A stretch of DNA of 63,216 nucleotides from assembly GCA_035914695.1 (NCBI GenBank), contig JAMIQH010000153.1:1-63216 (forward strand). Direction: 5' to 3'. Positions 7,697-17,611 of this stretch are shown here, in pieces (position 1 is the stretch's first letter; every line of letters begins with the position of its first letter). The notes under the pieces were generated by a model. The model did no database searches. It worked only from the letters and a program-made list of their open reading frames with translations, and was not told the DNA's origin. The translations under genes and the position numbers were made by a program. The stretch comes from Bacteroidota bacterium (GTDB lineage: Bacteria > Bacteroidota > Ignavibacteria > SZUA-365).

Positions 7697-10539
7697 AGCG
7701 ATACCGATACTCCTGCGCGAATCGTGCGCGGCGAGAGGTAGCGCGCGGGATTGTAAGGATAGGGATTGAGCGGCGCCTGCAAGTCGGGATACAGTGGATC
7801 GTTCCATCCGGTGGGCGTGGGATCGCCGTATTCATAGGCCTTGCCGGTGACGGGGTTGATGATGGTGGGATTGAGATTGTCGAAGAGATTCATCACCTCG
7901 AGCGAAATTCCCATATCCACACCACCGAGCTGAAAACGCCGCTCGATGTTCAGGTCGGCGGTGAACCACGACTCGCCCAGCGCGCCGTAAATGTTGTCGC
8001 GGTCGCGGTCGTAAATCGGACGTCCGCTCACCGGATCGTAGCCCAGCAACAACTGCGGGGTGTAGCGCTTGCCGGATTGCCAGAACAGGCGCAGGTACAC
8101 GCTCAGATCTTCAAAGACGCCGATGCCCAGGGGATCCTTGCCGCGGGGAATGTACACGCTGCCCGACAGCGAGGCCTGCAGCGGCCGGTCCCACACGAGA
8201 TAGGTTTCGGCGATGCTTTCCTCGAGATCGCCGCGTTGCACCAGAGCGCCGTCGTCGGCCGAGCTGCTTTTTCCCGTGGCAATGGAATAGGCGATGCTGG
8301 CCGTGCCGCGGAACCACTGCCCGATGCGCTTCTTGTATTCCACCTCCACGCCGCGGGTGCGGGCATAGTCCTGATTGACGTAGGTGATGTACGAACCACC
8401 GGAAAAACGCGCACTGCTGATCTTGGCCGATCGCGTGCTCACGTAATCGAAAATGTCCTTGTAATACGCGGTGAGCGTCAGCACATCGTCTTCGGTGAAC
8501 TGGTTGCGCAGGCCGAGTTCGTAGGCGACAGTGGTCTCGGGATCCAGATCGGGATTGCCGAATTTCTGGAAGGTGGATTTCGCGCTCACGGGATTGAGCT
8601 TCGCGTACACGAACTGCGGCCGCGGGCGCTTGCTGAAATGCCCGTAGGAGAAAAACAGCGTTTGATTGTCCGAAATCGGGTGTGAAATGCCGAGGCGCGG
8701 ACTGATGCGCGCCTTGAAGCGGCGGCCAAAGAGCCCGAAGGTGTTGTCCATGTAGGACTGCCGCAACTCGTCGGGGATGGTCACGACGTCGGGATTGTTC
8801 ACCGCGTCGTCCACGAATTTTCCCGGCATCCACCAATCGAGGCGGAGACCCACATTCAGAATCATGCCGCTGAAATTGATGTTGTTCTGCGCGTACATGG
8901 CGCCGTAGGCGGGATGCACGGTGTAAATGTCGTTGTTCAATCCCAGATCGCCGAGCCAGGGTTTGTAAATGTCGATCACCTGCATTTCACCGAAGGTGCC
9001 CTCCAGGCCCGCCTTGAATTTACTGCGCTCGCTGAGACTGCTGGTGTAATCGGCCTTGATGGTGGTGTTCACCACGTGATGATCATGCCAGGTGAAGCCG
9101 TTGCCCGTGTCCCAGAAACCGTCGCCCGGAATCACCCCGATGCTGTCGCGCTCGAGGTTGTAGTACTCCACGGGAAAGGTGATCAAATCCTTCGGCTCCT
9201 TGTACTCGCGCCAGTCCTTGCCATTCGCATCGGCGCGGAGGTTGGTGTAGAAACGGCTGAGCTTGATTTCGTAAAACGAACTGTTGCTCACCGTATGCGT
9301 CCAACTCAGCGTGTGGAATATCGTGTTGTGCGTGTAGGTGTTGGCCTGATCGAGAATGTTTTGAAATTCGTACTGATAGCCGGGACTCGGTTCCACATAC
9401 TCCAGATTTGTCTGCAACGACTGCGAATTCTGATTGATGCTCACGGACTGATTGTAGGAGTAACGCAGCTTCATCGTGGGTGAAAATGCCCAGGTGACTT
9501 TGCCCAGCCAGAACCAGTTGTTGTCCTGCCGCGGCGCGAAGCGCGTGCCGCCGAAGGTGCTGCTGTACAATTGACGCGCTGTGACCTCGCGGTACTCGCC
9601 CGTGGGCTGTCCGTTGCGGATCACCGGCGCGAGCCGTGTGAATGCATCGGAAAGGCCGGCGTAGAAATTACCGAACACGGAGATTTTTCCCGGGATGCCA
9701 ATGCCGAACGCTGGCAGCAGATACGTGCTTATCGGTTCGGGACCGCCGAGGGATCCCTCGGTGATGTCGGTGTTCCAATTGGAACGCTCGTCCCTGTTGT
9801 AGCCCAGATTGTCGCGCTTGTAGCCGAAGGTGATGGCGTAGCGGTCGCTGGCCTCGCGCGTGGTGACGTTCACGATACCGGAGGTGGCCTGTCCGTATTC
9901 GGCGTTGAAGCCGCCGGTGATCACTTCCAGTTCCTGAATGGATGCGGCGCTGAGTTGCAGGCCGAAGCCCGTGCCCGCAAGCGGATCCTGCACGGAGATG
10001 CCGTCGAGCAAGTAGGCGTTTTCATGCGTGCGCCCGCCGCGGATATGAATGCCCTCGTCGGACTTCACCACGCCGGTTTGCTGCGACACCACGTCTTTCA
10101 CGTTCTCAATGACCGCAACCTTGATGTCCTCGGCGGTGACGGTGCGCGAGCTGGAGGTTTGCTCGATGTCCAGCAGCGGCTTCTGCCCGATAATGACCAC
10201 TTCCTCGTCGAGGGCGAGAATGGTTTCCTCGAGTTTGAAATTCAGTTCCACCCGCTGTCCGGCGCGTACCGCCACACCTGTTTGTTGCACCTTTTTGTAG
10301 CCGATGAGGGAAATGACCAGCGTGTATTCGCCGGGATTCATATCGCGAATGGTGAATTTCCCGTTGATGTCGGTGGCGGCGCCGTAGTAGGTTCCTTTTA
10401 CCATCACGTTCACACCCACCAGTGTTTCGCCGCTGCGCGCATCGGTGATGACGCCGGTGATGGTGGCCTTTTGCTGCGCCGTCGCGGTGCCGAGGAAGAG
10501 GAGCAGCAGCAGGGGGAGAAGTACGCGTTGCCTGTTCAT
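7693..10539 (-). CDS. TonB-dependent receptor with N-terminal carboxypeptidase-regulatory-like domain
   Basis: ORF 7693..10740. Start taken at MNRQRVLLPLLLLLFLGTATAQQ (ATG 10539). ITGVITDARSGETLVGVNVMVKG...GKFTIRDMNPGEYTLVISLIGYK is a CarboxypepD_reg-like domain, followed by plug and barrel-like sequence. Confidence 0.85.
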   Translation of the reverse strand: MNRQRVLLPLLLLLFLGTATAQQKATITGVITDARSGETLVGVNVMVKGTYYGAATDINGKFTIRDMNPGEYTLVISLIGYKKVQQTGVAVRAGQRVELNFKLEETILALDEEVVIIGQKPLLDIEQTSSSRTVTAEDIKVAVIENVKDVVSQQTGVVKSDEGIHIRGGRTHENAYLLDGISVQDPLAGTGFGLQLSAASIQELEVITGGFNAEYGQATSGIVNVTTREASDRYAITFGYKRDNLGYNRDERSNWNTDITEGSLGGPEPISTYLLPAFGIGIPGKISVFGNFYAGLSDAFTRLAPVIRNGQPTGEYREVTARQLYSSTFGGTRFAPRQDNNWFWLGKVTWAFSPTMKLRYSYNQSVSINQNSQSLQTNLEYVEPSPGYQYEFQNILDQANTYTHNTIFHTLSWTHTVSNSSFYEIKLSRFYTNLRADANGKDWREYKEPKDLITFPVEYYNLERDSIGVIPGDGFWDTGNGFTWHDHHVVNTTIKADYTSSLSERSKFKAGLEGTFGEMQVIDIYKPWLGDLGLNNDIYTVHPAYGAMYAQNNINFSGMILNVGLRLDWWMPGKFVDDAVNNPDVVTIPDELRQSYMDNTFGLFGRRFKARISPRLGISHPISDNQTLFFSYGHFSKRPRPQFVYAKLNPVSAKSTFQKFGNPDLDPETTVAYELGLRNQFTEDDVLTLTAYYKDIFDYVSTRSAKISSARFSGGSYITYVNQDYARTRGVEVEYKKRIGQWFRGTASIAYSIATGKSSSADDGALVQRGDLEESIAETYLVWDRPLQASLSGSVYIPRGKDPLGIGVFEDLSVYLRLFWQSGKRYTPQLLLGYDPVSGRPIYDRDRDNIYGALGESWFTADLNIERRFQLGGVDMGISLEVMNLFDNLNPTIINPVTGKAYEYGDPTPTGWNDPLYPDLQAPLNPYPYNPARYLSPRTIRAGVSVSL

Positions 10540-10540
10540 G

Positions 10541-12010
10541 TCAGCGCACTCCGAACTCGTTGTGGAACACGGTGCGCAACACGGGGCCGGCACCTTCGAA
10601 GCGGTGCAGGGGAATGCCGAACAGCACGAAGCGGCTGTCGCCACTGCGCACGGCCACCACGGGCTGGCCTTCCCAGCGCGACGAGGCCTCGAAGCGGTAC
10701 AGGTTGCGTGCGTTGATTTTCCGGAAGAGGTTGCGCACAAACGCCACGGGCGTGCCCTGCGTGTCGCGCGTCAGCAGCGGATAGCCCGGCGACTCCGGAT
10801 CGGCTTCGGCCTTGGTGCCCGCGGGCACGAAGGTGATGGGCGCGGGACTCAGACTGTCGATGGGCGCGTAATCGGTGATGCCGCCGCGCGGATCGATGGC
10901 ACTTTCGGGGAAGGAGGCGGTGTAGAGAATGAAGCCGCCCCAGCGCTGGAATTCCGGCAGAGATAATTGCGCCACATCCACCGTGGGACGATTGTCGCAA
11001 TACCAGATGACGTAGCGGAACAGCTTCAGCGTTTCGATGAAGGTCGGATTGATGTAGGGCGGCAACAACTTGCCCCGCGTGGTGGAGGATGCGCCGCTCC
11101 GAATATCATACACGTCGGCGTTGCGGAAACGGCCGCCGAACATGCTATCGGTCACCGCCGCGTAAAATGCCGAAGAGGCGTCGGCGGGGCCGTAATCGTC
11201 CACGATGAGCAGTTCGCCCTTGGGCTTGCGTACATGCCAGCTGCGGCTGCTGTCGGGCATGCGCACGATGCGGCTCTCGGCGCCGGCGATGTCCACGGCT
11301 TTGAGGAAGAAGACATTGTTGCCTTCGCGCAAACCATCGGCTTCTTTCAAGGTCAGGAAGGTGGTCGAACGCGACAGACGCTTCCATGCGCCGGGATTGG
11401 TGGTGTCGTTGAGCGCGTAGAGATATTCGCTGATGGTTTCATCGCCATCGAGATCGCTGCCCTGCCAGGCGAAGGTGGCCACGGTGAAGGTGCTGTCGGG
11501 CACGTCCGAGCCCTGCACGAAACGCACAACGGGAGGAGAGTTGCGAATCGGATAGCGAATGTCCGCCGGTGTGGGATCCACCGCGCCGAGATCCGTGAAT
11601 GCTTCGCCCTCGTCGTAGCGTCGGTTGCCGTTGACATCAACATAGGGCTCGGCACCGAAGGCGCCGTCCGCATCCCACATGCCATTGCCCTGATCGTCCA
11701 CGGCGCGGACCCAGAACGCATACGTCGTGTCGCTGCCCGAGAGCGTGAGAGCGAAGACGCTGTCGTTGCGCGTGGTGAAGGTCCAGTTCCGATTGTCGAA
11801 ACTGATGTAGTAGCCGGCGACAAAACCGTCCGGATCGTCGCCCCACCAATGCACGTGCTGGCGGCTCGTGGTGGTGCGCAATTCTCCGTCGGGATGCAGC
11901 GACAACCAGGTCTCGGGTGCTTGATTCGGATGCGGTGTATCCGTGATCGACTCCGAGCAGGCGGCGGCGAACAGAAGGAGCAACAGGGAGAGTCGTGGCA
12001 ATGCGTTCAT
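10541..12010 (-). CDS. lipoprotein, function unknown
   Basis: ORF 489 aa. MNALPRLSLLLLLFAAACSE is a signal peptide plus lipobox. Its stop abuts the TBDR start. Confidence 0.6.
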   Translation of the reverse strand: MNALPRLSLLLLLFAAACSESITDTPHPNQAPETWLSLHPDGELRTTTSRQHVHWWGDDPDGFVAGYYISFDNRNWTFTTRNDSVFALTLSGSDTTYAFWVRAVDDQGNGMWDADGAFGAEPYVDVNGNRRYDEGEAFTDLGAVDPTPADIRYPIRNSPPVVRFVQGSDVPDSTFTVATFAWQGSDLDGDETISEYLYALNDTTNPGAWKRLSRSTTFLTLKEADGLREGNNVFFLKAVDIAGAESRIVRMPDSSRSWHVRKPKGELLIVDDYGPADASSAFYAAVTDSMFGGRFRNADVYDIRSGASSTTRGKLLPPYINPTFIETLKLFRYVIWYCDNRPTVDVAQLSLPEFQRWGGFILYTASFPESAIDPRGGITDYAPIDSLSPAPITFVPAGTKAEADPESPGYPLLTRDTQGTPVAFVRNLFRKINARNLYRFEASSRWEGQPVVAVRSGDSRFVLFGIPLHRFEGAGPVLRTVFHNEFGVR

Positions 12011-12058
12011 GGACAGCGACGATTGTGCGATGATGCGTGATAGCGCGAAAAAAACGAA

Positions 12059-12520
12059 TTACTCGTAGCTGCGCAGTTCCTTTACCGTGCCGAGAATCAC
12101 GTCGCGCAACGGACGAAGTTCAGGAGGTACGGGTGTGGAATCTTCGATAATGCCCGGCCAGGAAAAACGGTACACGACCTCGTCTTCCACGATTTCCAGC
12201 ATGGTGGTCATGTTGCCCGTTTCCGTGGCCATGATGGTGGAGAGCGGCGTCGCGTACACGTGCCGCAGCACGGCCCGCAGCTGCGCAGTTCCCACGGTAC
12301 CGAGAGTGTCGGTGCGCTCGCGCATGCCGGCCTTGCCCACCCAGTAGGTTACCAATCCATCGGGATGCAGCGTGTACCCGGTCTGCATTCCGGATACGCC
12401 TCCTCCGTTGGACAGCGTGATGCGCGTGGGCGGCCAGTGCTCTTCGGCCGTGCGGCCGCAGGTGCAGCAGGACGAAAGGAAGAGCGCCAGAGGCAGAAGC
12501 AGGAGTGCGACGCGTGTCAT
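12059..12520 (-). CDS. small lipoprotein, function unknown
   Basis: ORF 12059..12580. Start taken at MTRVALLLLPLALFLSSCC (ATG 12520), with a GAGG upstream. Confidence 0.5.
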   Translation of the reverse strand: MTRVALLLLPLALFLSSCCTCGRTAEEHWPPTRITLSNGGGVSGMQTGYTLHPDGLVTYWVGKAGMRERTDTLGTVGTAQLRAVLRHVYATPLSTIMATETGNMTTMLEIVEDEVVYRFSWPGIIEDSTPVPPELRPLRDVILGTVKELRSYE

Positions 12521-12532
12521 AGTGCCTCGATA

Positions 12533-12569
12533 GAAAAAGGGGGACGGCGGCTCGGCGCCGCCGTCCCCC
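12533..12569 (-). terminator. rho-independent terminator-like hairpin after the 706-aa cargo gene
   Basis: On the minus strand: GGGGGACGGCGG-cgccgag-CCGCCGTCCCCC followed by TTTTT. It lies 8 nt after the stop at 12577 and just upstream of the next start. Confidence 0.75.
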
Positions 12570-12576
12570 GGTGAAA

Positions 12577-14697
12577 TCAACGGGTGATGAGCATACGTCC
12601 CACCATGGGCGTGCCGTCCACGGTGAGCGTGTAGGTGTAGATGCCCGAGGGCAGTGTGGGGGCGGTGAAACGCACCGTCACCGTGCCCGCGTCCATCGTG
12701 CCGTCGGCAAGCGTGGCAACGACGCGACCGAGCATGTCGTGCACGCGCAGCGTCACCGCCGACTGACGCGGCAGATCGAAGCGGATGCTGGTGCCCTGCG
12801 CGGCGGTGAAGGGATTGGGATAATTCTGCTCAAGGGTGAGCGCGGCCGGCATGCCGGGCACATGCTCGATGGCGGTCACCACATCGGTGAAATCATCCTC
12901 GTCGCGCGGCAACAGCTTCCAGTTGCTGAAGGAGAAATACACTATGCCGCGCAGCGCGCTGATGGTGGCGCTCGGACGCAGGTAAATCAGATTGGTGTCG
13001 GTGGAATCCAATGTGTACACATTGTCCCAGGTGCCGGCATCGTCGGCGCGCATGTCGCCCGAGCCGTCGGTGAAAAGGAATTCGCCGAAATTGCCCGTGG
13101 GCGCGTCGGCATTGGTGCTGGTCACGGTGAGATTGCGGAATATCGCCAGCATGCCTTCCCATTGCTCGGCGTTCGGATCGCCGTCTTTCACCACGCCGGT
13201 CTTGAACGTGCCGGTGGTCGACTCGATGGGGGTGGGCAGATCGGCGGTGCCGTGCACGGTCGTTGCTGTGGCAGTACCCACGGTGGTCACGTTGAAGCGC
13301 TCTTCCACAACGCCGGTCACCGTCACATCCTGTCCGATGACGAGATTGCGGATGCTTTCATCGCCACGCAGCATGATGCCGCTCCAAGGATCGTTGCTGT
13401 CCTGCATGTACACCATGCCCAGATCGGCGTTGCCTGCGGTCACCACGCCGCGCAGTGTCACCTGCCCGCCGACGGCGCCGGAGTTGCCATTGCGGAACGG
13501 CGTGTACTGCACGTCGCGGATGCGCAACACGCCGTCGCGCACGATGAAGAAGGGCTTGCCGGTGGTCATGTCGCCCGGGAAAATCGCCATCTCGTTGTCG
13601 TTGTCCGTGGCTTCGATGTAGTACCAGACGATGCTGCCGTCGGCCTGCGCGGGGATGCTGCCCGAGGCCAGCTTGCTGTCGGGATTGTAGTTCATCGGGA
13701 GGCGGCCGAGTTCTGTCTCGCCAGTGCCGTAAATGAGTTCGACGCCGCTGATGGTGCCGCCGGGATTGCTGTCCTGCACGTCACAACTGACAATCACTTC
13801 CTGCGAGGAGGTGGGGATGGCCACGTTGCGTCCGAGATTGGCGATGATCGGCGGGAAGGAGCCCAGCTGAATGTCGCCCGGATAGAGCGGAGCGATTACG
13901 ATGCCCTGTCCCGACGAGGTGATCACGCCGCGGATGGAGGTGATGGTCGTGCCCGGCGTGGGCGGCGCCCAGTTGGGATCGAAGCCCTGCGAACCGCCAC
14001 GGAAGTAAATGCTCTGATCGTACACGCCGATGGAATTGCCGAGATTGTCCACCACCGTCCAGGTGTAGCGGCCGGTGGAGCTGTTCTTGCTAACGGTGCC
14101 AACCTTGAGGTCCTTGATCAGCACATACGCGCCTTCCCACTGCTGCGCCGAGGGAATGCCGTTCTGCGGTCCGCCCTGCACGAGATCGGGCAGGGTGATT
14201 TCCGTCGGATCGGGACGCTTGCCGAGATCGTCGAGAATTTCCACCATCACATCCGCATTCCATTTACCCGACACCACACCCACGTCGAACTGTGTGGTGC
14301 TGAAATACTGTGTCACCACCCCGGTGACACGCACCACATAGCCCGTGTCGATGGCGGTGACCAGCGTGGCTTCGCTGGCGGTGGAATCGGAGGCGCGCAT
14401 GTTGATGCCGCTCCAGGCGCCACCGGCGGGATCGGTGATATAGAAAGTGAAGGCGTTGCTGAGGGCGAACAGCGTGGGTCCGCCCGGTGTGATGCGCGGC
14501 GCGGCGTACACCACACCCGTGACGGTGATGGTGTCGCCCAGGCGCGGGGAGGCCTGATTTCCGGCCGCGAGCGTGTCGGGATGGACGAATTGGATTTCCT
14601 GAATGGTCAGCGTGTCGCTGCGAATTTGCGCCTCGGCGGAAATTCCCAGCAACACGGTGAGCAGGAAGAGGGCGGTGAATCGGGACAACATTTTCAT
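12577..14697 (-). CDS. secreted repeat protein with T9SS C-terminal sorting domain
   Basis: ORF 12577..14751. Start taken at MKMLSRFTALFLLTVLLGISAEAQ. There are about five internal modules with the V.VTGVV pattern. The C-terminus LEQNYPNPF...YTYTLTVDGTPMVGRMLITR is a T9SS CTD. Confidence 0.75.
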   Translation of the reverse strand: MKMLSRFTALFLLTVLLGISAEAQIRSDTLTIQEIQFVHPDTLAAGNQASPRLGDTITVTGVVYAAPRITPGGPTLFALSNAFTFYITDPAGGAWSGINMRASDSTASEATLVTAIDTGYVVRVTGVVTQYFSTTQFDVGVVSGKWNADVMVEILDDLGKRPDPTEITLPDLVQGGPQNGIPSAQQWEGAYVLIKDLKVGTVSKNSSTGRYTWTVVDNLGNSIGVYDQSIYFRGGSQGFDPNWAPPTPGTTITSIRGVITSSGQGIVIAPLYPGDIQLGSFPPIIANLGRNVAIPTSSQEVIVSCDVQDSNPGGTISGVELIYGTGETELGRLPMNYNPDSKLASGSIPAQADGSIVWYYIEATDNDNEMAIFPGDMTTGKPFFIVRDGVLRIRDVQYTPFRNGNSGAVGGQVTLRGVVTAGNADLGMVYMQDSNDPWSGIMLRGDESIRNLVIGQDVTVTGVVEERFNVTTVGTATATTVHGTADLPTPIESTTGTFKTGVVKDGDPNAEQWEGMLAIFRNLTVTSTNADAPTGNFGEFLFTDGSGDMRADDAGTWDNVYTLDSTDTNLIYLRPSATISALRGIVYFSFSNWKLLPRDEDDFTDVVTAIEHVPGMPAALTLEQNYPNPFTAAQGTSIRFDLPRQSAVTLRVHDMLGRVVATLADGTMDAGTVTVRFTAPTLPSGIYTYTLTVDGTPMVGRMLITR

Positions 14698-14713
14698 GAA
14701 ACGAACTCCTCGT

Positions 14714-16795
14714 TTATTTGACGATGAGGAATTTTCCTCGTTTGATATCACCCGTGTCGAGATTTTCCACGGTGAACAGATACAATCCTGTGGCGATGGC
14801 CTGATCGCTGTCGCTGATCAAATCCCAGGCATGCTCGCCGCCCGACATCACCTGCGTGCCGTCGGCGTAGCGTGAAAACCATTGAATATCGGAGCCGTTG
14901 CTCGTGGCCGCATCGTGTTGCATGCTGCGCACAAGGTCGCCCGCCATGGTGTACACGCGGATTTCGGCGCGCTCGGGCAGATTGCAGAAGTACAGCTTGC
15001 GCTCGCGTTCGCCCGTGCCATCCCACTGCGCCTGCGTGTAATAGGGATTGGGATACACGCAGGGCTCGCTGCTCGCCGCCGCATCCGGGGTGCTGCCGGG
15101 AAGCACGCGCCGCGCATTCTGCAGGCGGCTGCTTTCCAGACTTTCCACATTGTTCTCCGGATCACCGCCGTCGAACGCGGTGACGGTATACACGTATTGC
15201 CAGCCGTTGAGCTGATTCGGCACGCGCAGGTGGTAGCGGTACTCGGTGGCATCGCCTTCGAAGCGCATGGGCGTGGCCAGACGCACAGCGCCGAAGCCCG
15301 TGTTGTAAAACAGGGCATTATCGGGGCGATCGTATTCTCCCACCAGCACGAAGCTGCCCGACAGCGCCGTGCCCTGACGCAGATCGGCACCGGCATTGCT
15401 GCGGTACACGCGATATCCTTCGAAATCCTGCCGCCCGGAAATGGGATCGATGGAAGTCTCGGCGCGATTGTCCCAGTACACATCCACCAGCTGATTGCCG
15501 GGAATGATGCGCACCCGCGGCGCGGTGGGAGGCGCGGGCAGCACATAGCGCGTCAGCGCTCCATCGCCGTTGAGATCCTCGCCGGGATCGAGCGTGTTGT
15601 TGCGATTCTTGTCCTCGCCGTCGTAGGCCTGTTGGGCGAAGCGCAGTCCGCGGTAGAGATTCGCGCGCGAGGCCTCGGTGTCGTCGGCTGTGGGATCGTT
15701 GCCGTATTTCTTTGCCGCCACAAGCGCGAAGACCACATTCACCGAAGCACCCGGTTGCAGGGCGCGAAACGGACCGGTGCTGAGCAGCGTCGAACGATTG
15801 GACGGCGATTTCAGCGTGGGATACTCGGTGGCGGGCAGGCCGGAGGACATTTTCTCATAGCGCTCGCGGTCATTCTCGGGAGAAAAATACACGGGATCGG
15901 TGGTGTTGCGGAATTGCCACGGATTGTACACCACGCGTGCGCCCAGCGAATCGCCGCCCGCGGGCTTGGGTCCGAAATACTGCAACGGCGTACTGCCCAG
16001 CACGGCCAGTCCGATGTAACTGTCGGTGAAGCCCGGATCGCCGTCCACATCGAATTCGTAGGCCATGCGCAGCGAATCCACGAAGCCATTGCCGCCGCGC
16101 GCGTAAAAGGCCGAACCGCGCGGCGGACTGATATTCGTGTTGCGCACCACCATGTCGAGCCACACGCCCACGTACACGCTGTCGAGCACATCGGGGCTGC
16201 TGTTGGTGATGGTGTAATTGAGAATGACGAAATTCTCGGCGAAGGAGAAATTCCACGCGTAGCTTTCGAGACGCACGCTCACGCCGAGCGGGAAGGTATG
16301 CTCGGGAATGGTGACGCTGCTGCCGGGCACGACTTTGTTGGAATCGGTGAAATCCGCCACAAAATCCTGATGACTCACCGCGTCGGGACTGAAGAAGCGC
16401 GAATCCGCCAGCGTGGAGCGCTCGCCCGTGCGTGTTCCCTGCGCGTTGGTGAATTCGAAGCCCGCCGCCACATCGCGCACGGAACTGACGTCCACGGCGC
16501 CCGTGGTGACGTTCGGACCCTGTCCGCCGCGGAACGCGCCGATCCACAACCCACCCTCGAAAATATGCTCGATGCCCGATCCCGCGGGATACTCGCAGTT
16601 CGGCTGAGCGGGCCATTTATTGAAGCCGTGCCCGAGCGTACCGAAATTCGATACCGTCAGCCGCAGACTTCCGACATTGGTGAATTTGCTCTCATCATCA
16701 TCCAGCGCTTTGCGGAAGCGACCGGGGCCGCCATCCTGCTGCTGGCTGTGGGCGACGCTGCCCAGCAGGAGCAGCACCATCAACATACGTTTCAC
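14714..16795 (-). CDS. secreted protein with T9SS C-terminal sorting domain, function unknown
   Basis: ORF 693 aa. Signal peptide MKRMLMVLLLLGSVAHSQ. C-terminus VYPNPY...GLYLFTVENLDTGDIKRGKFLIVK. GTG at 16795 or ATG at 16786. Confidence 0.75.
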   Translation of the reverse strand: MKRMLMVLLLLGSVAHSQQQDGGPGRFRKALDDDESKFTNVGSLRLTVSNFGTLGHGFNKWPAQPNCEYPAGSGIEHIFEGGLWIGAFRGGQGPNVTTGAVDVSSVRDVAAGFEFTNAQGTRTGERSTLADSRFFSPDAVSHQDFVADFTDSNKVVPGSSVTIPEHTFPLGVSVRLESYAWNFSFAENFVILNYTITNSSPDVLDSVYVGVWLDMVVRNTNISPPRGSAFYARGGNGFVDSLRMAYEFDVDGDPGFTDSYIGLAVLGSTPLQYFGPKPAGGDSLGARVVYNPWQFRNTTDPVYFSPENDRERYEKMSSGLPATEYPTLKSPSNRSTLLSTGPFRALQPGASVNVVFALVAAKKYGNDPTADDTEASRANLYRGLRFAQQAYDGEDKNRNNTLDPGEDLNGDGALTRYVLPAPPTAPRVRIIPGNQLVDVYWDNRAETSIDPISGRQDFEGYRVYRSNAGADLRQGTALSGSFVLVGEYDRPDNALFYNTGFGAVRLATPMRFEGDATEYRYHLRVPNQLNGWQYVYTVTAFDGGDPENNVESLESSRLQNARRVLPGSTPDAAASSEPCVYPNPYYTQAQWDGTGERERKLYFCNLPERAEIRVYTMAGDLVRSMQHDAATSNGSDIQWFSRYADGTQVMSGGEHAWDLISDSDQAIATGLYLFTVENLDTGDIKRGKFLIVK

Positions 16796-16942
16796 GTGTT
16801 ACCACACGGCTGTTACGAGGGAAAGAGGAGTGTGCCTCACACCACTGCTTGTCTCATAAGGTAGAAACGCCCCCAGTGAAATGCAACGCCGTATCGGGCG
16901 TGATCGTTATATTACCAGCATGAGCCAAGGAGAATCGAACCC

Positions 16943-17611
16943 ATGACCACTGTGAACCTGCTGCCCGAGGGACAGGCCGTGCCTGTCAGCACCATTTATT
17001 GTATTGGCCGGAATTACATCAAGCACATTCAGGAACTTGAGAACGAGGTCAATGCCGAGCCGGTGCTGTTTCTCAAGCCCGCGGCGTCACTGATTCGCGA
17101 AGGGCGGGACATCGAGCTGCCGTCGTTCAGTGTCGATGTGCATCATGAAACAGAACTCGTGTTGCTGGTGGGTTCGTGCGGCAGACATATCGCCGAGAGC
17201 GATGCGCTGGCACATCTGGCCGGAGCGGGAGTGGGGCTGGATCTCACCGCGCGCGACACGCAGCAGGCCTTGCGGGATAAAGGACTGCCGTGGACGATTT
17301 CCAAGGGTTTCGCCACCGCCGCTTGCGTCTCGGATTTCCATCCGCTGCACAGCTTCCCCCCACTCGATGCGTTGCACTTCACACTTACGGTGAATGGTGA
17401 GCGTCGTCAGGTGGGCGACACTTCGCTGATGATCTTTTCCGTGCCCCGCATCGTGGCGTTTATCAGCGCATTGGTGGAATTGCATCCGGGTGATATTATT
17501 TTCACGGGCACACCACACGGCGTGGCGGCGATTCACGAAGGGGATGTGCTCGACCTGTCCATGCATCACGTGCATGCGCGTTTTGTCGTGGGTGGGAGGG
17601 AGCAGCGGTGA
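16943..17611 (+). CDS. fumarylacetoacetate hydrolase (FAH) family protein
   Basis: ORF 222 aa. IYCIGRNYIKHIQEL...PVLFLKP and the later GDIIFTGTPHGV are typical of the FAH/YcgM family. AAGGAG sits upstream of the ATG. Confidence 0.85.
   Translation: MTTVNLLPEGQAVPVSTIYCIGRNYIKHIQELENEVNAEPVLFLKPAASLIREGRDIELPSFSVDVHHETELVLLVGSCGRHIAESDALAHLAGAGVGLDLTARDTQQALRDKGLPWTISKGFATAACVSDFHPLHSFPPLDALHFTLTVNGERRQVGDTSLMIFSVPRIVAFISALVELHPGDIIFTGTPHGVAAIHEGDVLDLSMHHVHARFVVGGREQR

Noticed and set aside
12571-16864. Plus-strand ORFs of 716 aa (12571-14721) and 660 aa (14882-16864)
   Set aside because: They are antisense to the two T9SS cargo genes. Their translations are His/Gly/Ala/Arg-rich with no signal peptides or domains.
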